Shown piece by piece: positions 14,696-24,638 of a stretch of DNA of 64,000 nucleotides. The stretch is from IMG/VR virus record IMGVR_UViG_3300040801_002290, positions 1 through 64,000 of that record. One strand, written 5' to 3'. Each line of letters opens with the position of its first letter. Within the stretch, counting starts at the first letter, position 1. The stretch comes from a virus. A program made the translations under genes and the position numbers. The notes below the pieces were generated by a model that saw only the letters and a list, made by a program, of their open reading frames with translations, was not told the origin of the DNA and did no database searches.

Positions 14696-15202
14696 TCAAT
14701 CTACGTGTAGAATTAGAATTCCGGGAGAGATTCCGAATGAGTAAGCCAGTGCTTCGTCTGTACTAGGAATTAGAATGTCTGCCGTGCTTGTATACCTAGG
14801 GTTCATAGTATCCCATATGACATAATCCTCAAACGTTTCACCCCTATCTGTGATTACAGTAACAGGAGTACCACAGAGATGCTTAATTCCGTATTCATCG
14901 AAAAACAAATCCTGGCTAACGGCTATCTGTCTTTCTAAGTTGGGGCCACAGGAAGAGATATTTGGGTCTCCGTCTGTTTGTCTTGGTACTGGGTTATAGG
15001 CTGATATTCTGGCAAGAGGTATAACAACACCGGATTTTTCCTCTTCAACTGCCTGTACCTCGATTACTGGCTCATTGACCTCAACTTGGACTTCTGGAAT
15101 GGGAATATCTACAAGTATTTCCTGCTGTGTTGGTGGTGTATAGATAGTTGAGAAAAGGAAAAGCACTGCGTAGCAGGCTAGAGAAATTGTTATTTGCCTC
15201 AT
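14696..15202 (-). CDS. membrane-anchored 3D-domain (cell-wall lytic/binding) protein
   Basis: N-terminal TM; SAYN...QTD...IAVS.D...DTM...DI pattern. Confidence 0.75.
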   Translation of the reverse strand: MRQITISLACYAVLFLFSTIYTPPTQQEILVDIPIPEVQVEVNEPVIEVQAVEEEKSGVVIPLARISAYNPVPRQTDGDPNISSCGPNLERQIAVSQDLFFDEYGIKHLCGTPVTVITDRGETFEDYVIWDTMNPRYTSTADILIPSTDEALAYSFGISPGILILHVD

Positions 15203-15528
15203 TCATCCTCCGGTAAATTGCTCCTTTCTAAATACCATCCACCTTCGATAAAGTCATACTTCATTTTGGTCAGGTACTCTTTAAGTGATACATTTTCTAT
15301 AGAGAAGCGGTAATACTTAGTTCTGTCTGGCGAAAATCCTACAAATTTAGCATGAAATGTACGGTCTAGCTGAGGTATGTAAAGTTGTCTGTAGGATTTC
15401 TCGTCGTGCGTGTCTAGGGAAAAGACTATCTCAAAACCCTCATTGGTTTCTATCACGGCACGGAGTATAGCTCTTTGTTTTTCATCCTCTGGTGAGTCTA
15501 TGTTCCCCAAAAATCCTATATCATCCAT
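15199..15528 (-). CDS. hypothetical protein
   Basis: 109 aa ORF. Confidence 0.7.
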   Translation of the reverse strand: MDDIGFLGNIDSPEDEKQRAILRAVIETNEGFEIVFSLDTHDEKSYRQLYIPQLDRTFHAKFVGFSPDRTKYYRFSIENVSLKEYLTKMKYDFIEGGWYLERSNLPEDE

Positions 15529-15636
15529 CTCTCTCCGATAGCTTTTTGTAGGTGTCCTTTACTCCGAGGTAATACCCATACCTGTAGATTAGGTATCCCC
15601 AGACTATTGAAAGAATTGAGAAGAACAAAGGGCTCA

Positions 15637-15831
15637 TCAATAGTCGTCCGAGTCTTCCACTTCAAAATCGTCGTCGTCATCCTCTTCGTAAAGCTGTTGA
15701 ACAACTTCTTCTGGGGTCCTGCCTTGATTGTACAAGTCCTCAAAATCAGTATCCTCAAACTCGTCTAGTTGTGCGCCTAGTCTAATCCAGGCGATATTGT
15801 CTACCTCGTTAAGCCAAGAGTCGTAACTCAT
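15637..15831 (-). CDS. small highly acidic protein
   Basis: 64 aa, D/E-rich, GGAGG RBS. Confidence 0.7.
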   Translation of the reverse strand: MSYDSWLNEVDNIAWIRLGAQLDEFEDTDFEDLYNQGRTPEEVVQQLYEEDDDDDFEVEDSDDY

Positions 15832-15839
15832 TATTCCTC

Positions 15840-16214
15840 CTATTTATAGCCATTAATCATGGGGCTATCGAATCTTATCTTTTTGAAAACCCTCTCTTCC
15901 ATCAACCTAGCGGTCAGGTTAGAAACGAAAATCGGTAATAGATATTCTACTGCGGAAGCTCTGGCAATATCTTCCTCTTCCCACCTGTCCAGGTTAAAGA
16001 ACTTATCTCCTGGGTGTGTGGAGCCATAGATTAGGGAGAACATATCCTTCTCTACCTCAGAGGACTTCTGAACGAATCCCTTTATGATGTAGTTATCCCC
16101 AATCATTAGGATATTCTGACCTTCATCGTAGAACATTTCAAGGTCTACAAGCGGTCGAATCCAATCTAGGGTTTCTTGGACAAGTCGTAGTTCCTGCTCA
16201 GTTATTTTTCTCAT
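15840..16214 (-). CDS. hypothetical protein
   Basis: 124 aa ORF. Confidence 0.7.
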   Translation of the reverse strand: MRKITEQELRLVQETLDWIRPLVDLEMFYDEGQNILMIGDNYIIKGFVQKSSEVEKDMFSLIYGSTHPGDKFFNLDRWEEEDIARASAVEYLLPIFVSNLTARLMEERVFKKIRFDSPMINGYK

Positions 16215-16232
16215 AAGCCACCTTTAATAGAA

Positions 16233-16252
16233 GAGCCACCCGAAGGTGGCTC
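16233..16252 (-). terminator. terminator hairpin after rIIB
   Basis: GAGCCACC/GGTGGCTC stem. Confidence 0.6.
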
Positions 16253-16256
16253 ATTC

Positions 16257-17363
16257 TTACCACCCGTAGTGGCTTTCTTCTTCTTCTTCTTCCTCGTACT
16301 CCTCTTCATCAAAGAGATTCCAGAATTCGTCTTCTTCGTCTTCTTCGTCCTCAGCCTCCTGATAGGAGACAAGAACCTGTTCAATGTGGTAGCGGTAAAC
16401 ACTGTTTGCTTCATGCTCAGAATCAAGCTCGTAAGCCAGAGAGTAAAGAGCATCCGTAGCTTCTTCGGAGGGTTCAACCTCAAGTCCCTCGATAAAGCGT
16501 TCTACCAAAATCTCGTAGCTAGGCGCAACCCGACCCTTACGGGTGTATGCAGAGGCAATCGTGGAAAGCCAATTCATAAATGCCTCAGTCATATCGTATC
16601 GGGTTTCTGCAAGTACGGGACGCTCAACCTGGCGCAGGACGGTGTATTTCGCTGTGCGAATCTTCTGGAAATTAGAGTCATTAGGCACGGACACAACATC
16701 TGCCGGGTCAATCTTTACCTCTACGACAATAGGACCGAAGCTAGAGGCGTATTCCCAGGTACCGGCGTGAAGACCGAAAGAGCAGGCAACGCTAGGGTCA
16801 TCCATGACTTCACTACGGGCCATTTCGAGAATATTGCCGGGAGCATTGTGAAGCCGACCCGAAGTCTTCTCACCGTTAACGATTGCTTCTCCACCAGACG
16901 AAATCGAGAAGAAGGAAGGGTCAACACCCTTATACGCCAGGAAATGTCCGTCATCAGTAATGGCAAAGTTGTGACGGTCAAGGAACTCAAAAAGCTGAGT
17001 GCGAGAGTGTCGGCTGGGGTTCTGAAAGAGACGCTCCATGAAGTTAATGAGCTTCTGGAAATTACGCCCGCTCTTGTAAAACTCCACAACGGTTTCTGCC
17101 AAACGGTCGTAAAGTGCTTCCCCGTTGTAATACAGGGTGGAACCAGAGATGGTTACCTTTTCGCTGAGACGAGACAGAACGTCACGCTGAGCCTCTACGA
17201 GTCTAGGAAGCTCCTCAAAATCCTTGGAGAGAAGTGCATCCATAATCCTATCGAAATTCGGGTGGCTCTCTGTGACGGTGCGAGAAACACCATCAATAAC
17301 CATGAGAATTTGGGTTCCGGAGGATTCTGAGCCGGTTACGGTATAGCTAACGTTCATTTTCAT
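16257..17363 (-). CDS. rIIB: rIIB-like protein
   Basis: FMERL..NPS, ITDDGHFLAYK, CSFGLHAG, VKIDPADVVSVP.D...KIR motifs; acidic tail. Confidence 0.9.
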   Translation of the reverse strand: MKMNVSYTVTGSESSGTQILMVIDGVSRTVTESHPNFDRIMDALLSKDFEELPRLVEAQRDVLSRLSEKVTISGSTLYYNGEALYDRLAETVVEFYKSGRNFQKLINFMERLFQNPSRHSRTQLFEFLDRHNFAITDDGHFLAYKGVDPSFFSISSGGEAIVNGEKTSGRLHNAPGNILEMARSEVMDDPSVACSFGLHAGTWEYASSFGPIVVEVKIDPADVVSVPNDSNFQKIRTAKYTVLRQVERPVLAETRYDMTEAFMNWLSTIASAYTRKGRVAPSYEILVERFIEGLEVEPSEEATDALYSLAYELDSEHEANSVYRYHIEQVLVSYQEAEDEEDEEDEFWNLFDEEEYEEEEEEESHYGW

Positions 17364-19408
17364 GCTCCTTTCGCAATCATGTTTGCGTAATCAATTAGGT
17401 GCTGGTCCCGAGAGTGCTTGGTAAGAAGCAGCGGGTACTTATCAGAGAGCTTTTCGTAGAGCCTGGTTGCCTCATCAGCCTCCTTCTTACCGACAATATC
17501 ACGCTTGTTGATGAGATTTCTGAGACGTGCAGCGGTAGCCCCAGTTGCGGTACTAATGAACGGGGAAAGAGTGTCGTAGAGCCTCTTGGCTTCTGCGTAG
17601 GCAGAGTCGTTACGCTTTTCAGAGGTGGCGATTTGAATAAACCTGGCAAGCTCGGGGTCATTAATCTTGGTGAAGTCAGCAGGAAGGCTGAGGTAAAGTA
17701 GGTTGTAGCTGAGCTTACTGCGAGCGACAGAAAGAATTTCGCTTTGGTCTGCGTACACCCGGTTGACGGCATCCTCAAACTTGTCAATAAGAACTTCCAC
17801 AAGAGGCTTGGCAGTGGGGTAAGTCTTAAGGAACTTATCCACCTGATTCTCCGCGATAGCGTAAACGGGAACATCTACCTGGGGGTTGCTAGGCGAGTAA
17901 CGAGTTCCAGTAAAAACACTCTTTAGAAGCTTCTTACCGACGTAGTAAATTTGTGTGTTTTCGTCGGGAATTTCCTTAACGTACTCAACCGAGGCGTGGC
18001 TTCGGTAGCCATAGCTATTGAAAACAACTCGGTCGTACATGACACTCTTCTTGGCGGTCTTGGCAACATGCTTTACAGAAGCCTTAATTTCCTCTAGAGT
18101 GATTTCCAACCCAAACTTAGCCACGTAATCCGGGTGAAGCTTAGAGTTACCGGGAATAACCACAGCCGTATACGTCTTGTTCTGAATCATCCAAGTGCGA
18201 ATCTTCTTAATGTCTGCATCCCTAAGGTCATCCTCTTCCGCACGAATTAGTGCGTACGTGGAAAGATGATGGCTGTCCCAAAGCTCTCCCTGAGTCGTCT
18301 TAGAAAGCCTGTTGCTACTGGGGTTATACTCAAGCTTAGTAACAAGAGTGTTAAAGGAGATGTTATCCAGGCTTCGGAGGCTAATCTTTTGGCCCTGAAA
18401 CTGGAAGTCGAACTTGCCCAAAGCATAGAGGTCCCGATTAAACTCTCGGAGAATCTTCTTATACTCAACTAGAGTCTTAGCCTTGGAAAGCTCCTCATTA
18501 ATGCGAGCTTCAATTTGAGCGTAAATAATGGACTTACGCTGCTCGATAAAGTGAAGAGTTCGCTGGGAGAGATTAAGCTCTTCACGGCTGGGAGTAAAAT
18601 CCACTGCCCCCATAGGAGCATTCATCACTACCGTTCCAGAGTGAATCATCGTGGTGTAACCCTGGTGCCGATAAGGATAGGCAACTCCACCCATTACAAC
18701 GAAATCCTTGCCCTCATCCTCCGAAACACGACGGATAATCCTGGTGTTATCATCAATCTGCATGATAACTTCGGGAACCATTTCGTGAGGGAAGGCCACA
18801 CCACCGACAAATTCTGGAAGAGTGGGGAAAAAGCGGTAGAAAAGCTTGGCCTTACGGACAAAGCTAGTGACGTTATTTACCGGAATAGAAACTTCTACAC
18901 CGTTTCCAGCCTCAGTGCGCTCCTCAAAAAGCTTAGTAATACGACCAACACCGTACTCGTCAAGGTGGACCGAGAAGATTCGCTTGAAGCCGTTCTTAAT
19001 TGCGGTAAGCGAAAACTGGTTAGTCATAGAAAAACCGGACTTGCACCCGAGACCAAGCTGACCAGTAAAGTCGTTACTCTCACGCTTCGTTGAGGCACCA
19101 TACATGCCGAAGACTTCGAAGACTTCGGTCTCATCCATACCGACGCCGAAATCCCGAACAACGAATTCAGGGGAAAACACAGTAGGCAGGGTGACCTGAA
19201 TAGGCATGTCAGCCCGACCAGCTTCTACATGCGAGTCGTATGCGTTGGTACTGTATTCACGAATAACTGCCATCTCACTATCAGAGTAGAGATTGGCAAG
19301 CACGCTCATAAGGTGAGGAAGGCTCTGGCTGTCCAGACCCATCTGTCGAGACACAGAGTCCTCGACATTCCCGCTGATGTTTACAATCTTCTCTTGGTTT
19401 GGAATCAT
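17360..19408 (-). CDS. rIIA: rIIA-like protein (GHKL/Hsp90-type ATPase N-terminus)
   Basis: LYSD..AVIREYSTNAYD, RDFGVGM, YGASTK, GQLGLGCKS; overlaps rIIB by 4 nt. Confidence 0.9.
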   Translation of the reverse strand: MIPNQEKIVNISGNVEDSVSRQMGLDSQSLPHLMSVLANLYSDSEMAVIREYSTNAYDSHVEAGRADMPIQVTLPTVFSPEFVVRDFGVGMDETEVFEVFGMYGASTKRESNDFTGQLGLGCKSGFSMTNQFSLTAIKNGFKRIFSVHLDEYGVGRITKLFEERTEAGNGVEVSIPVNNVTSFVRKAKLFYRFFPTLPEFVGGVAFPHEMVPEVIMQIDDNTRIIRRVSEDEGKDFVVMGGVAYPYRHQGYTTMIHSGTVVMNAPMGAVDFTPSREELNLSQRTLHFIEQRKSIIYAQIEARINEELSKAKTLVEYKKILREFNRDLYALGKFDFQFQGQKISLRSLDNISFNTLVTKLEYNPSSNRLSKTTQGELWDSHHLSTYALIRAEEDDLRDADIKKIRTWMIQNKTYTAVVIPGNSKLHPDYVAKFGLEITLEEIKASVKHVAKTAKKSVMYDRVVFNSYGYRSHASVEYVKEIPDENTQIYYVGKKLLKSVFTGTRYSPSNPQVDVPVYAIAENQVDKFLKTYPTAKPLVEVLIDKFEDAVNRVYADQSEILSVARSKLSYNLLYLSLPADFTKINDPELARFIQIATSEKRNDSAYAEAKRLYDTLSPFISTATGATAARLRNLINKRDIVGKKEADEATRLYEKLSDKYPLLLTKHSRDQHLIDYANMIAKGA

Positions 19409-19448
19409 TGTCGCAAACCCTCCTTCTTGGGATGACTCATGGTACTAC

Positions 19449-19979
19449 CTATCCTTGTGAGAGAGATGAGAACCTTTCCCAGTAATTTACAATTTCTAAC
19501 CCTCGTCTCTCAGCACTTCTAACGCAGTGAGAAGTGCCCCCTTTGGTTCCGTTCCATAGGGCCAGAATCTTGCCACCCTTATGGTAGATGTACTCTACCA
19601 TCCAGTGATTTCTGTCAGTTAAAGCCTTTGAAATTTCCCACTTATTATCCATATCTGGTGTGTAGAGAGTCCGAATTTCTGTAGACAGGTAAAGAGCTTC
19701 CTTGTACTTATCTCGCCAGAATTTAGACCACCTTCTGTCCTGACCCTCAAAGGGAACCGCACAAAGAAGTGGAATTTCTAGACTGATTGCTGCGTGTGCA
19801 AGTGCTAAATCCCAACCGGCAGCCATGCCAGATACTACTCCTATAGGCTTCTGTTCTTCAAGTGCTTCTACGGCTACATTGACAGTTTTATAAAAAGCGG
19901 ATTGGCTATCCCACCCACCTAGCTTGTCTGGCCTGTGTCCCGTCCCTGCTACTATCATATTATCTCCTATGCGTCTCAA
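19449..19979 (-). CDS. SLOG-family (YspA/DUF1273-like) protein
   Basis: GTGHRPDKLG, SGMAAGWD, RNHWMV, WNGTKGGT. Confidence 0.85.
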   Translation of the reverse strand: MRRIGDNMIVAGTGHRPDKLGGWDSQSAFYKTVNVAVEALEEQKPIGVVSGMAAGWDLALAHAAISLEIPLLCAVPFEGQDRRWSKFWRDKYKEALYLSTEIRTLYTPDMDNKWEISKALTDRNHWMVEYIYHKGGKILALWNGTKGGTSHCVRSAERRGLEIVNYWERFSSLSQG

Positions 19980-20010
19980 GGCTACTCCCTAGAAAAATGA
20001 GAAGGGTGAG
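19979..20010 (-). promoter_or_regulatory. phage TCTCA-class promoter
   Basis: CTCA-N4-TCTCA-N13-TAGCCT. Confidence 0.65.
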
Positions 20011-20037
20011 CGGACACCCTTCCCTGGTTTTTATAAT

Positions 20038-20417
20038 TGGAGGCTATGGGAATCGAACCCATGTCCAGAATATCTTAAAAGTTAGCTTCTACGTGTGTAG
20101 TTTGTCTTTGTATCAACAGAGTCGGAGAACAAACAAACCTAGCCTGTGAGTTTGATAGTTTATCCTCCGGTTTACCATCAAACAATCTCAACCGGATTCC
20201 CACGCTAGTCGAAATTTAGGTTACGTGGTTAGCCTAAATTCGGCCTCACTAGCTTACGCAGCGAGGGCTTGTGGGTTGTAGCTAGCGCCTAGCATGAAGC
20301 CAGGTAGCATTTCTACGTTGTCGTCAATTAAGACTTTTAAGGCTTTTTAGAGAGGCCAGCCTTTTCCTCTACACGCAACTAATTTCTCGTATACCCTGTC
20401 GAAACCTGGTAGCCCCC
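20038..20417 (-). ncRNA. ssrA: tmRNA
   Basis: 5' GGGGGCT...TTCGAC; 3' T arm plus acceptor with G3:U70; tag frame 20254-20325 ending ALAA-stop; upstream TTGACA-N17-TAGTAT. Confidence 0.93.
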
Positions 20418-20458
20418 TTACAAATCAATACTACAATAAAATTCTCTGCTTGTCAACC

Positions 20459-20644
20459 TTAAAGCATGTTTTCGCAGTAAATCTTAAAAGCTTCTCGACA
20501 CTCTTTCTCTGTTTCGAAAGGCCCATATGGTCGAGCCCAGGTCTCGTCATAAAAATACCAAAAACCGTCTTCGTCCAGAAAAACCGGGTCTGAGTATTCG
20601 CTCATGTCCCTAACGCCCATGTAGTGATACACTGAATCTACCAC
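20459..20644 (-). CDS. small hypothetical protein
   Basis: W.FYDETW...GPF motif; start uncertain. Confidence 0.6.
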   Translation of the reverse strand: MVDSVYHYMGVRDMSEYSDPVFLDEDGFWYFYDETWARPYGPFETEKECREAFKIYCENML

Positions 20645-20987
20645 CGTCTACGATTCTTGTAGAAAATCTCCAGGTGCCTTCGATATAGTAATACGTCTTG
20701 TTAACTATGTCGAGAGAATAACCTCCAACTTCGCCTAGAATTATTCTACTCTCACTTTCAATGTAATACATATGCTGAGGGGCGCTGCCCCCTACTTGAT
20801 ATGTCATTGTCTCAAAATCAAGAACAAGCCTACGATTAAAGTCTGTAGACGTACTCCAAAGCTCTCCCTCATAAACTAGATTGTAGTGAATCGTGGGTAC
20901 TGGATGTTGAACCCAGTACGGAGACACAGTTATGGCACACGAAGAGAGTAAAGTTACCAGCGCAATAAGAGGGAAAATCTTTTTCAT
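20610..20987 (-). CDS. lipoprotein
   Basis: Signal peptide with LLSSC lipobox. Confidence 0.7.
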   Translation of the reverse strand: MKKIFPLIALVTLLSSCAITVSPYWVQHPVPTIHYNLVYEGELWSTSTDFNRRLVLDFETMTYQVGGSAPQHMYYIESESRIILGEVGGYSLDIVNKTYYYIEGTWRFSTRIVDGGRFSVSLHGR

Positions 20988-21137
20988 CGGGATGCCATAC
21001 CTTTCGGCTGCCTAAAAATTTCTCTAATTCGACGCATATACTTTTTGTTTCTTCGTGCCTGTCGATTAGACTTGATTTCGTAAAGTCTCTTGTCTGTAGT
21101 ACCGTAAAGAGACTCCATCATGTCTCGCATCATTTCC

Positions 21138-21344
21138 TCAGGATTCTTCATTCTTCTCACTCCTAACTATAGTCATAGTTGATATGTAGACCAGAAATGC
21201 TCCGAATGCCATTCCAGCAACTCCCTCAACACTGGGAGTAAAAAGGCCGAACTGGGGCAATATGTATAGCTGGGAAAGCACAATAAACATTGCTAACCCA
21301 AACCCCTCTAAAAATACACGAAAAAGCATTTTATCTCCCTTCAT
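21138..21344 (-). CDS. small membrane protein
   Basis: Two TM segments. Confidence 0.7.
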   Translation of the reverse strand: MKGDKMLFRVFLEGFGLAMFIVLSQLYILPQFGLFTPSVEGVAGMAFGAFLVYISTMTIVRSEKNEES

Positions 21345-21870
21345 ATCCGCTCTTGTATATGGATGAACCGTAAATATTGTCCTCGGTTTCTTTTACAGCG
21401 GTGATTAATTCTCCGTTTAGACCTAGCTCCTCATCTGCAAACTGTATCATACGAGGATTAGGGGACAATGAGAACTTGGGTATCAACCACATTGACTCGT
21501 CAACAGAGTGACCACGAGAAATCGCGGCTATAATTGCTGCCGCCCCAGAACGACTAATACCGGCCCAGCAATGTAAAAGCATGGAACCGTAGGTCTCCTG
21601 AGAAAACTTTATCAGTTTCTGAACGTGGTATCGTTGTGGAAGAATTAGGGGGGCTCTCCTACCTAAACCGATTTCCCCATCGTTGTCAATGTCATCAAAG
21701 TTAAGCGGTAAAAGCTTAGGAGTTCTTTTGGACAAGCTAGTCCTAAGCCAATCCCTAGAAGAGTTTCCCATACAGTTTCTTCCCACTATACTAACTATAG
21801 AGGAAGGTTTTATCTCATCTGCAACCTTCTTAACAGCATTAGCAGAACAAACGGTAATCCAGTCTGTCAT
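21331..21870 (-). CDS. Cys-dependent (PTP/DSP-like) phosphatase
   Basis: LLHCWAGISRS (HCxxGxxRS), SPNPRM. Confidence 0.85.
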   Translation of the reverse strand: MTDWITVCSANAVKKVADEIKPSSIVSIVGRNCMGNSSRDWLRTSLSKRTPKLLPLNFDDIDNDGEIGLGRRAPLILPQRYHVQKLIKFSQETYGSMLLHCWAGISRSGAAAIIAAISRGHSVDESMWLIPKFSLSPNPRMIQFADEELGLNGELITAVKETEDNIYGSSIYKSGYEGR

Positions 21871-22229
21871 CTGATATCATAACTCCCCAAATCTTCTGGC
21901 GAATCTATAATCTTCGCACTGTAAATAGGACCCGAAACTGGCTCGTCATTTAGTGTCCAATGGAATAATGGGTCCCTTGTGTCTACCCAGGAAAGACAGT
22001 ATACCTGACTGTCAAGAAGGTAGTATTCCCTGTCACTGGTAGTAAGAACTGGCTCCACCATGTTATTAGTGTGCCAACAATGGTATCCGTCCTCGTAAAC
22101 AGCGAACTCGTTATAACTCCCGTTATAAATTACTACCAGATTATGCTCTGGAATTGCTGACGCGGTAGTATCGCACCCGGCAAGAAGTATCGCGGAAGCT
22201 AGAAGCAAATACCTAAACATTTTCCACAT
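21867..22229 (-). CDS. lipoprotein
   Basis: LLAGC lipobox. Confidence 0.7.
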   Translation of the reverse strand: MWKMFRYLLLASAILLAGCDTTASAIPEHNLVVIYNGSYNEFAVYEDGYHCWHTNNMVEPVLTTSDREYYLLDSQVYCLSWVDTRDPLFHWTLNDEPVSGPIYSAKIIDSPEDLGSYDIR

Positions 22230-22683
22230 AGTCCCTCACCATCTCTACCTGTTTTCTATATTGGGGAATCATAGGCATGTGGTCCCTCTTGTTTTTCCAT
22301 ACCCAATATAGAACTCCAGCATGGCCAAATCTATGATACCAAGAGATAACATCTCCATATTCATCGGGAGTAATAAGTTCCCAATCAGCAGAGGCATAAT
22401 ACCAAGTGTCGCTTAGGAAGATAAACCAGCTATCCCCCATACGCATAAATGACCGTTCATCATCTGCTATCATTATCTTTTCTTCCGGGTGAATATCTCC
22501 TTCGGTGTCATAGATGATTTTGTTGACAACATTCATTACTTCCATTACCCCGGAATTAACACCGTGCTTGTAAGCATCACTCTTAATTAACTCTTCTGTT
22601 TTTGGTTCTGCGCCGCCCATTGGGTATATTCCTATGTCGTTAAAGGCTCCCTCAATGCGAGAGACAAGCTCATCCTTTGTCAT
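22213..22683 (-). CDS. hypothetical protein
   Basis: 156 aa ORF. Confidence 0.7.
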   Translation of the reverse strand: MTKDELVSRIEGAFNDIGIYPMGGAEPKTEELIKSDAYKHGVNSGVMEVMNVVNKIIYDTEGDIHPEEKIMIADDERSFMRMGDSWFIFLSDTWYYASADWELITPDEYGDVISWYHRFGHAGVLYWVWKNKRDHMPMIPQYRKQVEMVRDYVENV

Positions 22684-24596
22684 AAATCCTCCAACTGTCT
22701 ACGGTACTTGGTAACTAACTTTTCAGCCAGATACGCCTGCTTATCCGTAAGGTATTCCATACCGGCAAGAGAGTGACCAAGCTTACCATCAAAGCGGTTA
22801 AACCCAATGTCATTTCTAACCGCTGCTCTGTCGATATCATACGACGCCAGAACTCTGAGTTTGGTGAGAAACTCCTCTTTCTCGGACTTGGTGTACTTCT
22901 TAACCTCTTTTTCAATCTTTTCAAATGAGGGGAGCTTTACATTATCTTCAAAAACAGGGTAAGCAACCTCTTCGACTTCTTTATCCAAAGCCCGGTCAAT
23001 AATTTCCTGCTTATCAATCAAAGACTGAGCCATGGTAGCATCCAAAGAGCCTTCCATGACGAGATGCTGTACAAGAACACTTTCCTTCTGACCAATTCTG
23101 TGACAGCGGTCCTCGGCCTGAGACATGTTACCAGGCACCCAATCCAATTCTGCAAAAACAACGTGTGAGGCAGAGGTTAGAGTAATACCAACACCAGCAG
23201 CTTGAATAGACCCAAGGAAATAAAGGATAGAAGGGTCATTTTGGAAGGCGTCAACAGCAGCCTGCCTATCTTCCATTTTCGTATCCCCTACCAATACAAC
23301 CGCTTCGTCACCCAACTCCTTTTTCAAGGCCGAGATTACTGCTTTGTGGTGTGCAAAGATTACCACCTTATCAGAAGCGTTCTTTACATGCTCCACAATG
23401 TAGGGAACTTTTAGTAGCGCAATTTGTTGTCTAATCTTGGCCATCTCAGTAAACTTTGCAGACATTCCTTCCTGCAAAGAACGCATGGCCATTCTGTACT
23501 CTTCTACGTTATCGCTTACCTTAGCTAGGGCTAGAGAGATTCTAAGGTTTTCTACAACTTCATCCTTCTCGTCCCAAGCCTTGCTTTCTTTATTAACCAA
23601 ATCCCTAATCTCTTTGGTAGCTGGCAACTCAATAACCTGTCTACGCTTAGAGGGAAGCTCTGTAAGAACATCCATCTTCAAACGTCGAATCATAATAGTG
23701 CTGCGAAGTCTATCCTGTAACTCTTCCAGGTTTGAAGCTCCGCTGAAATCCCATCCCCAGCCGTTAGCAACAGCACCACAGTACCTACGTGCATAAGAGA
23801 AAAAGCTACTCCACCTTTCAGGGTCCAAAGCGTTGATAATAGGAAATAACTCAACGGGTCTGTTAAGAATAGGAGTCCCGGTAAGAAAAATCTTATGCTT
23901 ACTGGGGATTCCTGGATTTCTCTTACCGCTACCAAGTACTGCCTTTGTTCTGGCAGCCTTCGGGTTCTTTAGATAATGAGACTCGTCAATAATTATCAGG
24001 TCCCATTCCTTCTCATTAAGTTTTTCCCGGTGTTTTTCAACAACATCGTAATTAATAATCACGATAGAGGTATTCTCAGGGTAGTCTTTTCTGTTGACAA
24101 CCCCGATAGTGTAGTCCTTAACCAACCACTTACTCAACTCCCTCTGCCAGTTAAGCTTTAGAGAGGCTGGGCAAATAACCAGGATATTCTCGTACTCTGG
24201 GTGAAGATTCAGCACCCCAATGGCCTGAATTGTCTTACCGAGACCCATTTCGTCTGCGATAAGTGTGTTCTTATCTTTAGAGAAGTGAATACCGGCCTTC
24301 TGGAAGGGGAGGTAGTCAAGACCTTCCGGGGCCGGGATAGTAACATCTAAATCAGTTGCTCTGGAAAGCTTTCGATTCTCGTCTTTTGATTCCTCTTCGA
24401 CAGTCTGCCACCAAAGGATTTCCCAATCACCACTGGCACTCTTAGAAAGAGAAATACCCTCCTTCTTCAATTCTGCCTTTTGGTTTTCCCAGGCTTTCCA
24501 AAAAGAAGTATTGGGGGACGCACTTTGCAAAAGGCGTTCCCCATACTTTGTCATAACGAGTTTTGGCTTGCTCCAAGTGAGCCCAAAATCTTCCAT
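22680..24596 (-). CDS. SNF2/SWI2-family (SMARCAL1/HARP-like) helicase
   Basis: LIADEMGLGKT, IIDESH, LTGTPILN, QAEDRCHRIGQ; probable leaderless start MEDF. Confidence 0.93.
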   Translation of the reverse strand: MEDFGLTWSKPKLVMTKYGERLLQSASPNTSFWKAWENQKAELKKEGISLSKSASGDWEILWWQTVEEESKDENRKLSRATDLDVTIPAPEGLDYLPFQKAGIHFSKDKNTLIADEMGLGKTIQAIGVLNLHPEYENILVICPASLKLNWQRELSKWLVKDYTIGVVNRKDYPENTSIVIINYDVVEKHREKLNEKEWDLIIIDESHYLKNPKAARTKAVLGSGKRNPGIPSKHKIFLTGTPILNRPVELFPIINALDPERWSSFFSYARRYCGAVANGWGWDFSGASNLEELQDRLRSTIMIRRLKMDVLTELPSKRRQVIELPATKEIRDLVNKESKAWDEKDEVVENLRISLALAKVSDNVEEYRMAMRSLQEGMSAKFTEMAKIRQQIALLKVPYIVEHVKNASDKVVIFAHHKAVISALKKELGDEAVVLVGDTKMEDRQAAVDAFQNDPSILYFLGSIQAAGVGITLTSASHVVFAELDWVPGNMSQAEDRCHRIGQKESVLVQHLVMEGSLDATMAQSLIDKQEIIDRALDKEVEEVAYPVFEDNVKLPSFEKIEKEVKKYTKSEKEEFLTKLRVLASYDIDRAAVRNDIGFNRFDGKLGHSLAGMEYLTDKQAYLAEKLVTKYRRQLEDL

Positions 24597-24602
24597 ACAC
24601 AC

Positions 24603-24634
24603 ATTCTACTTTCTCAGTTTGTGAGAAGGATTAG
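24603..24634 (-). promoter_or_regulatory. phage TCTCA-class promoter
   Basis: CTAA-N4-TCTCA-N13-TAGAAT. Confidence 0.72.
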
Positions 24635-24638
24635 AGCC

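Noticed and set aside
16269-19093. Long antisense or alternate-frame ORFs over rIIA/rIIB (353 aa, 192 aa and others)
   Set aside because: Shadow frames from codon bias of well-supported genes
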